DNA of 33,977 bases from Candidatus Eiseniibacteriota bacterium (GTDB taxonomy: Bacteria; Eisenbacteria; RBG-16-71-46; DASYSL01): positions 1 through 33,977 of the forward strand of contig JANPEF010000076.1 of the NCBI GenBank assembly GCA_031431875.1, in the 5' to 3' direction. Each line of letters starts with the position of its first letter. The first letter of the stretch is position 1. The notes beneath the pieces were generated by a model that saw only the letters and a list, made by a program, of their open reading frames with translations, was not told the origin of the DNA and searched no databases. Shown here piece after piece: positions 17,486 through 25,898 of this stretch. A program made the translations under genes and the position numbers.

Positions 17486-19477
17486 ATGTCCGCCATGCGC
17501 AGCCCCCGCACCGCCACACCGTCCCTCGATCTCGAACGCCTCCGTCGCCTGCCGCCGGGCGGCGACACCTGGCAGGTCGTCGTGGTCTTCGGGCCGGACT
17601 GGGTCGCGCCCATCAAGGCGGGCGAGGGACCGGAGCTTCCGCTCATCGGCATCTGCCACAGCCGGGCCACCGGGCTGTTCGCCATGGGGGCGCCCGGCTT
17701 GCCCAGCCAGCCCGGCGATCCACCGGCGCCACTGGCGCTCAGCGCGATGGCGGACCTTGCCCGAGATCTCGCCAAGGACGGGTGCGCCGCGCGTCCCGCG
17801 ATCGTCGAAGTCACCGACACGGCGCTGCACACGGCTCTCGCCGAGCTGCTGGCCGAACTCGACATCGCGGTCGAACTCGTCGAGAGCGCCGACGAGATCG
17901 ACGAGGTCATCGCCGCCATGCGCGCCGACCTGGGTGGACCCCTGGCCACGCTCGAGTGCTTCGCCGCCGACGTGTCGCCCGAGCGGATCGCTGCCTATGC
18001 CGAAGCGGCGATCACGTTCTACGACGCGGCGCCGTGGAATCATCTCTGTGACCTCGACCTCGTCCACGTCGAGTCGCGCGACGCGCCCGAGGCAATGCGC
18101 TGGTTCGTCGTCCTGGGCGGCGCGGGGATCGAGTTCGGTCTCGGGTTCTTCCACGACGTGCGCGACTTCCAGATCCTGCGCGATTCACGCACCGATCGGC
18201 CGCCGGCGGGATGGATGCGGCAGGCGCGGTGGTCGCTCACGTTCGACCCGCCTTGCGACCTGCCGCTCGGCCAGTACGAGCGCTGGGTTCGCCACCGCCT
18301 GCCGACCACGCGAGATGGCCGCTATCCGCTCCTGCTCGCCCTGCACCCCGACGGCACGAACGAGCCGGCGGATGAGAAACGACTGGCGTTTCTCGAGACG
18401 CTGCTGCGCGGGCTGGCCGTGATCACCGAGGACGAGCTCGACTCCGGCCGCTGGTCGCACGAGGGCCGCGTTGCCGGCAAGGCGCGTACGATCACCCTCG
18501 CGATTCCGACGCTGCTGACCGAGGAGACCCTGCCGGGGGTAAACCGCGCCATGCACGAGGCGAGGGCGCCGCTCGATCGCCGCAGCATGGAGCGCGAGAT
18601 GGCAAAGATCGGGCGCCTGTTCACCGAGGAAGGGCTGACCGTCGACCAGGTCAACGCGCGGATCGCCGCGACCGCGGGCAAGCTCCCCGACGGCCCGCCG
18701 CCGACCGACCCCGAGGCCCGGGCGCAGGCCCTCTACTACGACGCGCTCGATGTGCAGGGGCGGCTGCGCATCAAGCGCGCCCGCGAGGCCGTCCGGCTGT
18801 GGCCCGACTGCACCGACGCGCTCGTCCTGCTGGGCGAGGAGACGCCGGATCGAGTGCGCGCGCGATCGTACTTCGAGCTGGCGTTCGCCGCCGGCGAGCG
18901 ATCGCTGGGGGCGGAGGCATTCGGCGAGCATCGCGGTCACTTCTGGGGCGTGTTCGTAACCCGCCCCTACATGCGCGCCCGCTACGCGCTGGCCGACCTG
19001 CTGTGGCACGAGGGCGAGCGTGACAAGGCGATCCTCCACTGGATGGCGATGCTCGAACTCAACCCAATCGACAACCAGGGCGTGCGCGAGCTGCTCATCC
19101 CGCGCCTCATCGAGTGCAACCGCGAGGAGGAGGCGCGAGAGTTCATCGCTCGTTTCCCCGAGGATGGCTCCGCATTCATGCGCTACGCCGAGGCGCTCGC
19201 CGCGTTTCGGCTGCTTGGTAGGCGCGAGGAGACGACGCGCCTGCTCGCCCGGGCCGCGCGCTCGAACGCGCACGTGCTCAAGTACCTGCTCGATCCATCC
19301 CGGCTGCCCGGGCAAATCCCGTCCTCGTTCCGCTTCGGCGACGAAGACGAAGCGGCGATCGCCGCGGCCGTGCTGCACGGCGTGTGGCGGGCGACCCCGG
19401 GTGGCGAGGACTGGCTGCGCGAGTATCGGCGCGAGGCGAAGAAGACGAGAGAGAAGGGGCGAAAGGGGAAGCGGTAG
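17486..19477 (+). CDS. Conserved hypothetical protein with C-terminal TPR/ST7-like helical region
   Basis: 663-aa ORF with FYDAAPW, VVLGGAGIEFGL and GHFWGVFVTRPYMRAR...LELNPIDNQGVR motifs, typical of TPR/SEC-C-associated unknowns. Confidence 0.8.
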   Translation: MSAMRSPRTATPSLDLERLRRLPPGGDTWQVVVVFGPDWVAPIKAGEGPELPLIGICHSRATGLFAMGAPGLPSQPGDPPAPLALSAMADLARDLAKDGCAARPAIVEVTDTALHTALAELLAELDIAVELVESADEIDEVIAAMRADLGGPLATLECFAADVSPERIAAYAEAAITFYDAAPWNHLCDLDLVHVESRDAPEAMRWFVVLGGAGIEFGLGFFHDVRDFQILRDSRTDRPPAGWMRQARWSLTFDPPCDLPLGQYERWVRHRLPTTRDGRYPLLLALHPDGTNEPADEKRLAFLETLLRGLAVITEDELDSGRWSHEGRVAGKARTITLAIPTLLTEETLPGVNRAMHEARAPLDRRSMEREMAKIGRLFTEEGLTVDQVNARIAATAGKLPDGPPPTDPEARAQALYYDALDVQGRLRIKRAREAVRLWPDCTDALVLLGEETPDRVRARSYFELAFAAGERSLGAEAFGEHRGHFWGVFVTRPYMRARYALADLLWHEGERDKAILHWMAMLELNPIDNQGVRELLIPRLIECNREEEAREFIARFPEDGSAFMRYAEALAAFRLLGRREETTRLLARAARSNAHVLKYLLDPSRLPGQIPSSFRFGDEDEAAIAAAVLHGVWRATPGGEDWLREYRREAKKTREKGRKGKR

Positions 19478-19512
19478 GTGAAGTGCCGGGCCGAGGGACA
19501 CTATTCAGGCCA

Positions 19513-19531
19513 CGAATGATATCCATTCACG
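19513..19531 (-). repeat. Orphan copy of the pRiA4b ORF-3 promoter motif
   Basis: CGAATGATATCCATTCACG vs CGAATGATAGCCATTCACG at 26524-26542 (18/19 identical). Confidence 0.65.
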
Positions 19532-19591
19532 ACTGGATGTCGTGTCTGGATCATGGAATAGCGGCGTGGACCACGGGGGTGAGCAGCCCAC

Positions 19592-19822
19592 TCAGGACGC
19601 CTTGCGCTCGAGCCGCTCCGCGATCCACACCTTGATGATCGACTGCCGCGTGACGCCGAGCCGCCCTGCCTCGCGGTCGGGCGCCGCGACCATCCAGGCG
19701 GGGAAGTCGACGTTGACGCGATGAGCTTCGCGATTCGGGCGCCGCAAACTCGACAGATCGAGATCGTCGATGATGTCTTCTTTCCCCTCGTCGAACTTGC
19801 GGTCAACATCCTCCGCTTTCAT
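19592..19822 (-). CDS. CopG/RHH-type antitoxin (BrnA-like), second copy
   Basis: MKAEDVDRKFDEG...RVNVDFPAWMVAAPDREAGRLGVTRQSIIKVWIAERLERKAS, with an AGGAGG RBS. Close paralog of 9819-10049, but carries an L-to-P change in a predicted helix. Confidence 0.85.
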   Translation of the reverse strand: MKAEDVDRKFDEGKEDIIDDLDLSSLRRPNREAHRVNVDFPAWMVAAPDREAGRLGVTRQSIIKVWIAERLERKAS

Positions 19823-19865
19823 GGATCGCCACCTCCTTTGGGCGCGCCCTGTGCGCTGAAATCCG
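19803..19865 (-). pseudogene. BrnT toxin C-terminal relic
   Basis: RISAHRARPKEVAIHESGGC* aligns with IISARRARWKEVGRYESGRL*. The rest of the gene is absent. Confidence 0.75.
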
Positions 19866-19893
19866 CGCAGCGCAACTTCAAGCGCGCCGGGCC

Positions 19894-20082
19894 TCATGCC
19901 GGCCCCGGCACGTACGAGGTGGATAGCTCGCGCACGCCGGGCCGCGTCCGCGCGTGCGCGAGGACGAGCCGGATCACTTCCCTCCCGATGCCGCGGCGCT
20001 GGTGCTGCGCATCGATCATCAGGCGCCAGAGCCCGATCTTCGGCTCGGCCGGCGACTCCGCACGCAGCGTGTCGTCGGCCAC
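19894..20082 (-). pseudogene. Internal fragment of a GNAT paralog
   Basis: ADDTLRAESPAEPKIGLWRLMIDAQHQRRGIGREVIRLVLAHAR...TSYVPG matches the middle of 10481-10945. Both ends are missing. Confidence 0.85.
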
Positions 20083-20088
20083 GCGGAA

Positions 20089-20128
20089 CAGCCCAATTGA
20101 CTCGCACCAGTGCGAGTCGATTGGGCTG
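20089..20128. repeat. 40-bp hairpin (19-bp arms)
   Basis: CAGCCCAATTGACTCGCAC-ca-GTGCGAGTCGATTGGGCTG, with one G-T mismatch. A left-arm-only copy lies at about 11000-11018. Confidence 0.8.
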
Positions 20129-20174
20129 AAATGCCGCGGCCCACTACGCTGGCGGGTTGGGTCGCGCCGGCAGG

Positions 20175-20196
20175 CAACTTGCGCTGCCGCAAGTCG
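20175..20196. repeat. Palindromic repeat, copy D (CAACTTGCG-CTGC-CGCAAGTCG)
   Basis: Same ACTTGCG/CGCAAGT arms as the other copies with a different 4-nt centre. Confidence 0.75.
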
Positions 20197-20317
20197 AGGG
20201 GGCGCATCATCTTGTGACCTGGCCGGTGCAAGCGGGAGCCCCGAATGGGAGTATCATCCTTGCCCGACGCAATTCCACGCGCCGCTGCGGTTCCCCTGCC
20301 GGAACATGAGGCTCGCC

Positions 20318-23095
20318 ATGCGCTTCCGACCGCTCGTTCTCGCCCTCGCCACCTCGCTTGCTCTCGCAACCACGGCCGCAGCGCCGACTCACGCGGCAGA
20401 CGCCCCATTCTCCACCGGCCTCCGCCTCACTGCCCCGCTCGGGCCGTCCTCGAACGCGGTCGCGATCGCCGATTTCAATCACGACGGGCATCTCGATTAC
20501 GCGGTGACCGTCATTGAAATCGACTCGGTGTCGATCCTCCTCGGCGATGGCCTGGGCGGGATGGCGCTGCGCAAGTCGTATGCGACGGCACACTATCCGC
20601 GAGGCCTGGCGGTGGCCGATCTCAACGGGGACGGATGGAAGGACCTGATCGTCGCCGCCTCGGGAGCGGGCGCGGTGTCGGTGCTGTTGGCCCGGCCGGG
20701 TGGCGAGTTTCGGCCCCATACGGTCATACCGGTCGGGCCGACTCCGTTCTCCGTCGCCGCCGCCGACTTCGACGGCGACTCGAAGATCGACGTGGTCGTC
20801 GGCGGAATCGGCATCACGTCGTTCTCGCTCCTGCGGGGCCTGGGCAACGGCACGTTCGCGCCGAAGGTCGACGTGGAGATCAACGCGGGGCCCGTCTCGG
20901 TCACCGCCGGTGACGTGGACAACGACGGCAAGGCCGATGTCGTCACCGTGTCCTCCACGTCGTTCAAGGTGCTCTTCCTGCGCGGCGACGGGGCGGGCGG
21001 GTTCGCACCGAAGGTCGAGTACCCGGTCGCCTCGGAACCCGAGGTCGTGGTCCTCGGCGACCTGAACGCGGATGGCATCCTCGACGTCGTCTCGATCAGT
21101 CCAAATACGGGCAATGCGAACTACATGTACGGGAACGGCACCGGGTTCACGTCCCCCGCCGGGGTGCTGCTCGGGGGAGGCTCTCCGATCGGAATCGCCC
21201 TGGGCGACGTGAGCGGCGACGGTCTCGCCGACATCGTCTTCGCAACGCGGCTCGGGTCCGACCTGAGGGTCCATCGCGCCGACGGCCTGGGCGGATTCCG
21301 CGACCCCGAGTACGTGAACATCGGAGGCACAGCCCACTCCGTCGCCCTGGCCGACGTCAATCACGACGGGCGCCTCGATATCGCGGCGTCGGCGTACACG
21401 CCCAAGAACGACCAGCTCGTGGTGCTCACCAATTACGGCACGGGCCCGCTCGCGCAGAAGACGACCTACCACGCGCCGGGAGGTCCGCAGGGCGTGCGCC
21501 TGGGCGACCTGAACGGCGACACGCACCTCGATCTCATTCATCTGGGCTTCAACGGCAACACGGTCAGCGTCCGGCTCGGCGACGGCGACGGCGCGTTCGG
21601 CGCGCGCGTCGACTACCCCTCGCCGGTCACGCATCCCGCGGCGCTCGACCTTGGTGACGCGGATGGCGACACCGATCTCGATCTCGTGATCGTGTCGGCC
21701 GATCGCGACAGCCTCTTCCTGAAGCAAGGCAACGGCTCGGGACAGTTCACGTCCGGGGTCACCCTCGGCACGGGGTCCGCGCCGCGAGGCGTCACCTTCG
21801 GACGCGTCAACTCGGACGTGTTCCCGGATCTGGTCGTCGCCAACAGCGGCGGCGCCTCGGTGTCGGTCTTCCTGGGCGAGGGCGGGGGCACCTACGGAGC
21901 GAAGACCGACTACGCGGCCGGCACGGTTCCGGTCGCCGTCGTGCTTGCCGACGTGAACGGCGACGGCCATCAGGATCTGCTCTGCGCGAATCGCGGGTCG
22001 CACAACGTGTCGGTGCGAGCGGGGGCGGCGGATGGATCGGGCATCTTCGGCACGAAGTTCGACTACGCAACCGGGCAGGGCCCGACCGGAATCGCCGTCG
22101 CGGACCTGAACGCCGACGGCAAGCCCGACCTGGTGAGCTCGAACTCCACGTCAGGCGCCGCGACGGTCCTGCTCGGCACCGGCAGCGTCCCCGGCTCGTT
22201 CATGAACGCGGTCTACTACGCCTCGGACACCACGCCCGCGGGCGTCGCCATCACCGACATCGACGGCGACCAGCGCGCCGACGTCCTCCTGGCGAACGAC
22301 GGCGGGGCCAGCGTCACCGTGCACCTGGGCGACGACCTGGGCCGGCTCGGCCCGCGCCACAGCCTGCCCTCGGGAATCGGCACGAGCAGCCTCGCTGTCG
22401 GCGACCTCGACGAAGACGGCCGCCCCGACCTCGTCTCCTCGGCCGGTGGCGCTGACTCCATCGCCGTCCGCCTGTCGCGTGGGACGACCACGATCGCGCT
22501 GGCGGCCTCGCCGAACCCGTGCGCGTTCGGGGCCATGCTCACGCTGACGGCGACGCTGACGGGCCCCGATGGAGTGCAGGTGACGAGCGGTGTCGTGCGC
22601 TTCTACGACGGATTGGGAATGATCGGAACCGCGCCGATCGTCGGCTCGGTCGCGGTGCTCTCGTTCCCCGCGTCGGACGCCTGGTTCCGCACTTTCCTCG
22701 CGGAGTTCCCAGGCACGGACCGCTTGCGCCCCAGTCGCTCCGCGGCGATCGAGTTGATGGTGTACGTGCCCTCGGTCGATGTCGGCGACGGCGACGTGCC
22801 GGGAGCCGGGCCTGGTTTGGCGCTCTCGCTCGCTGCGCCCGTGCCGAATCCCGTGCGCGGCGGAGGCGAGTTCTCTGCGCGGTTCACGTTGCCGACATCG
22901 GTCGGGGCGGCATCGCTGGCGCTGTTCGACGTGCGGGGGCGAGTGGTTGCGGTGCAGGAAGTCGGCGGACTCGGCGCCGGTTCGCACGTCGTGAGCCTAC
23001 GGTCGGCGGGACGGATGCCGGCGGGCTTGTACTTCCTGAGGCTCGCCGCGGGTGGAGTGGTGGTGGCGCGGCGGGTGGTGGTGATTGGGGGGTGA
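20318..23095 (+). CDS. FG-GAP/VCBS repeat protein (14 repeats) + Ig-like group 3 domain + T9SS-A-like CTD; paralog of 3402-6155
   Basis: GAGG + ATG, signal peptide ending THA-A, 14 DxNxDGxxD motifs, TIALAASPNP...VRFYDG...WFRT, and VPNPV...LFDVRGRVV...GLYFLRL. Confidence 0.92.
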   Translation: MRFRPLVLALATSLALATTAAAPTHAADAPFSTGLRLTAPLGPSSNAVAIADFNHDGHLDYAVTVIEIDSVSILLGDGLGGMALRKSYATAHYPRGLAVADLNGDGWKDLIVAASGAGAVSVLLARPGGEFRPHTVIPVGPTPFSVAAADFDGDSKIDVVVGGIGITSFSLLRGLGNGTFAPKVDVEINAGPVSVTAGDVDNDGKADVVTVSSTSFKVLFLRGDGAGGFAPKVEYPVASEPEVVVLGDLNADGILDVVSISPNTGNANYMYGNGTGFTSPAGVLLGGGSPIGIALGDVSGDGLADIVFATRLGSDLRVHRADGLGGFRDPEYVNIGGTAHSVALADVNHDGRLDIAASAYTPKNDQLVVLTNYGTGPLAQKTTYHAPGGPQGVRLGDLNGDTHLDLIHLGFNGNTVSVRLGDGDGAFGARVDYPSPVTHPAALDLGDADGDTDLDLVIVSADRDSLFLKQGNGSGQFTSGVTLGTGSAPRGVTFGRVNSDVFPDLVVANSGGASVSVFLGEGGGTYGAKTDYAAGTVPVAVVLADVNGDGHQDLLCANRGSHNVSVRAGAADGSGIFGTKFDYATGQGPTGIAVADLNADGKPDLVSSNSTSGAATVLLGTGSVPGSFMNAVYYASDTTPAGVAITDIDGDQRADVLLANDGGASVTVHLGDDLGRLGPRHSLPSGIGTSSLAVGDLDEDGRPDLVSSAGGADSIAVRLSRGTTTIALAASPNPCAFGAMLTLTATLTGPDGVQVTSGVVRFYDGLGMIGTAPIVGSVAVLSFPASDAWFRTFLAEFPGTDRLRPSRSAAIELMVYVPSVDVGDGDVPGAGPGLALSLAAPVPNPVRGGGEFSARFTLPTSVGAASLALFDVRGRVVAVQEVGGLGAGSHVVSLRSAGRMPAGLYFLRLAAGGVVVARRVVVIGG

Positions 23096-23158
23096 GGGGC
23101 CAGCCTGGTGCTGATGTGCTCCAGGACCTCCTCGATCGACTCGGTCAGCGGCCGCCGT

Positions 23159-23548
23159 TCAGGCCGGTCTCTCGACGATCTTCCAGTACGAGTCCTTCCT
23201 CGTCACCTTTCCGTCCCGGAACTCCCAGTGGTCGCACCCGCGAACCCGCACGGCGCGTCCGTCGGGAGTCGTGCCGGTCAGGAGCCACTCCGACACGCCG
23301 AAGTCGCCGAGGACCCAGTGTCGATCCTCGCCGTAGTGCACGTCCGGAAGGCCCTGGAAGCGGCGGGCCAGCCCCTCGCGCACCGCGGCCTTGCCCGTGA
23401 ACCGCTGCCCCCAGGGCTCCGGCCCCCGGGGCATGTCGAGCGAGCAATCCTCGGCGAAGAACTCGAGGATCGCGTCGAGATCGTGCGCATTGAACGCGTC
23501 GGTGATCGCCCTCAACGTCGCGGCTGTGACCGGTTGCGGATTCGCCAT
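23159..23548 (-). CDS. SnoaL-like / NTF2-family protein
   Basis: AFNAHDLDAILEFFAEDC...GKAAVR...SEWLLTGT...VRGCD.WEFRDGKVTRKDSYWK, with GAAGG RBS. Confidence 0.9.
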   Translation of the reverse strand: MANPQPVTAATLRAITDAFNAHDLDAILEFFAEDCSLDMPRGPEPWGQRFTGKAAVREGLARRFQGLPDVHYGEDRHWVLGDFGVSEWLLTGTTPDGRAVRVRGCDHWEFRDGKVTRKDSYWKIVERPA

Positions 23549-23572
23549 GTCGACCCTTCCTTCAAAGACGAG

Positions 23573-24607
23573 TTACACCACGACCGCCTCGACGACGCTC
23601 ACCGCCGACTCGGTGGGGACGACGCGAACGAGCCGGAAGCCGGCCTTCTCGAGCAGCGCGCCGTACTCCGCCTGCGTCCGCTCCTGCCCTCCGGGCACGA
23701 CCAGCATGACGATGTCGAGCATCTTGCCCGGGTGCGGAGTGTTCCCCTCGGGCAACACCATCTCGACGAGAAGCAGGCGGCCGTCCGGCTTCATCGCGCC
23801 ACGGCAGTGGCGGAGGATGGTGAGGCACTGCTCCTCGTTCCAGTCGTGGATGACGTGCGACAGGACGTAGGCATCGCCCCCGGCGGGGACGCCCTGGAAG
23901 AAGTCGCCGGCCTCGAGGGTCACGCGCGACTCGACGCCGCGCTCCTTGAGCAGGGCCGGCGCATTCGCGATCACGTAGGGTCGGTCGTAGAGGACGCCCC
24001 GCGGCCCGGCGTGGCGGTTGAGGATCGCCGACAGCAGGTTTCCGGTTCCACCCCCGACGTCGATCACCGTTGCGAAGCCCGCGAAGTCGTACGCCGCCGC
24101 GACGGCCGCCGGCTCGGCCCCGTGGAATCCGACCATCGTCTCGTTGAACCAGCCCGCCACCTCCGGAGACTGCGCCATGTAGTCGAAAACCGGCATGCCC
24201 ATGGCCTTCTCGAAGCCGGTGTCGCCGGTCTCGAGGGAATGCATCATCTGTTCGAAGGCCGCCACGAACCACGGACTCCCGAACGTGAGGACGGTGGGGA
24301 GCGCCGCTCCGGGTGCGCCGGTGCGCAGCGCCTCTCCCAGCGGGGTGAGCGCGAACCGGTGCGCGTCATCCTCGGTGAGAATGCCCAGGCCGGCCAGCGT
24401 GCGCATCAGCCGGTGCAGCGACGGCGCATGCGTACCCGTCGCGCCCGCCAACTCGGCCGCACTGCGCGGACCCGCCGCCAGATGGTCCGCCAGGCGGAGC
24501 CGGGCAGCGGCATACACGATCTTCGACACCCAGTACGCGGAAGCCATCTGGATGATCTGCGCATGAGGCGGCGGCGGCATGGGCGTGTCGTCTGGATTCG
24601 GGCTCAC
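23573..24607 (-). CDS. SAM-dependent O-methyltransferase (dimerisation domain + Methyltransf_2)
   Basis: VIDVGGGTG, AGDFF, YVLSHVIHDW and GGQERT motifs. AAGGA RBS before GTG 24607. Confidence 0.92.
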   Translation of the reverse strand: MSPNPDDTPMPPPPHAQIIQMASAYWVSKIVYAAARLRLADHLAAGPRSAAELAGATGTHAPSLHRLMRTLAGLGILTEDDAHRFALTPLGEALRTGAPGAALPTVLTFGSPWFVAAFEQMMHSLETGDTGFEKAMGMPVFDYMAQSPEVAGWFNETMVGFHGAEPAAVAAAYDFAGFATVIDVGGGTGNLLSAILNRHAGPRGVLYDRPYVIANAPALLKERGVESRVTLEAGDFFQGVPAGGDAYVLSHVIHDWNEEQCLTILRHCRGAMKPDGRLLLVEMVLPEGNTPHPGKMLDIVMLVVPGGQERTQAEYGALLEKAGFRLVRVVPTESAVSVVEAVVV

Positions 24608-24800
24608 GTTGTGATCCTTTCTGTGCATTCGGCGATTGGGGTGGATAGCCTTAAGCGGCCGGTTCCCGACGTGCGCCACTTTAGAACATGATCCCCATGT
24701 CCGGCCATGCAGGTGTTCAGCAGGCCAGTGGGCTTGCCCCGCATTCGTGGCCTGATCCGCTGGGTCTGGGCCGCGACTGCCTCGTCTCGGCCGCCTGCCG

Positions 24801-25037
24801 ATGACATACGAGATCCTGAAGCAGGCCGGGGAGACGGGCCGCCTCGTCGAAGTCGTCTTTGGCGCCGCCCCCGGGTGGAGCGATCCATGGTCGCGCGGGC
24901 GCCTGTGCCGAGTCCTCGCCCTCGGGCTGCACATGGCAAAGCTGCGCGGCGAGGACGGCGAGTTCGAAGTGCCGACGGATGAGATCGCGGCGGTGCGGAT
25001 CGTGGACGGGATCGACTCTCCCGTGTGGCCTGCATAG
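24801..25037 (+). CDS. Small hypothetical protein (78 aa)
   Basis: Protein-like composition (EFEVPTDEIAAVRIV) and fills the gap before the zeta-like gene. No RBS seen. Confidence 0.45.
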   Translation: MTYEILKQAGETGRLVEVVFGAAPGWSDPWSRGRLCRVLALGLHMAKLRGEDGEFEVPTDEIAAVRIVDGIDSPVWPA

Positions 25038-25047
25038 ACTGCGCGGC

Positions 25048-25659
25048 ATGAGCTTCGTCGCGGACTCCTCGCTCTTCCCGCAGGTCGTCGTCATCGCCGG
25101 TCCGAACGGAGCGGGAAAGACGTCGGCTGCGCCGGACCTCTTGCAGGAGGCGGTCGGCATCGACGCCTTCGTCAACGCCGACGTGATCGCACTGGGGCTG
25201 GCAGGGTTCAGTCCGGAGTCGACCGCAATCGAGGCGGGCCGGATCATGCTGCGCCGACTGCGCGACCTGGCGGGGGCGCGCGAAGACTTCGCCTTCGAGA
25301 GCACGCTGGCCGGTCGCTCCGCGCACCGCTTCCTTCGGGGGCTGGTCGAGACCGGGTACGAGGTCCACGTCTTCTACCTGTGGCTCCCGTCGCCCGAGAC
25401 GTCGATTGCCCGAGTCCGGACCCGGGTTGCCAGCGGTGGACACGACGTCCCCGAACCGATCATCCGGCGACGCTTCTGGAAGAGCCTCGCGAACTTCGAC
25501 CGGCTGTACCGACCGGTCGCCACGACGTGGCGGGTGTACGATGGAAGCGCCATCGGCTGGCGGCCCCTCGTCGCACGCGGGGCGGGGGCCGGTGAACCGA
25601 CCGTTCTCGACGTGCCGGCCTGGCGGACCATCCGCGAGCGCCTGAAGGAGATCCCGTGA
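25048..25659 (+). CDS. Zeta-toxin-like P-loop ATPase
   Basis: VVIAGPNGAGKTS, FVNADVIA, FAFESTL and RVRTRVASGGHDVPEPIIRRRF motifs. Confidence 0.9.
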   Translation: MSFVADSSLFPQVVVIAGPNGAGKTSAAPDLLQEAVGIDAFVNADVIALGLAGFSPESTAIEAGRIMLRRLRDLAGAREDFAFESTLAGRSAHRFLRGLVETGYEVHVFYLWLPSPETSIARVRTRVASGGHDVPEPIIRRRFWKSLANFDRLYRPVATTWRVYDGSAIGWRPLVARGAGAGEPTVLDVPAWRTIRERLKEIP

Positions 25660-25874
25660 GCCATCGCCCGCGGCGCGACATCGGCCGCATCATCCGCGAA
25701 GGCACCGCAATCGACCGGGCCATGGTCGCCGCCCAGCGCCGGGTCATCCTCCGGCATCGGCAGCTCGGGATTCCGCTCGTGCTGTGGCGTGATGGCCGGG
25801 TGGTCGAGGTCGATCCCCACACGGTCGAGTTGCCCGAGCTCCCGGACGACGCACCGAACGGGCACGACAAGTAG
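25656..25874 (+). CDS. Small partner protein of the zeta-like ATPase (putative antitoxin)
   Basis: GTGA overlap. HRQLGIPLVLWRDGRVVEVDP resembles the small ORFs that commonly accompany this ATPase family. Confidence 0.75.
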   Translation: MSHRPRRDIGRIIREGTAIDRAMVAAQRRVILRHRQLGIPLVLWRDGRVVEVDPHTVELPELPDDAPNGHDK

Positions 25875-25898
25875 GACGACCCCGCTCAACAAGGCGCT

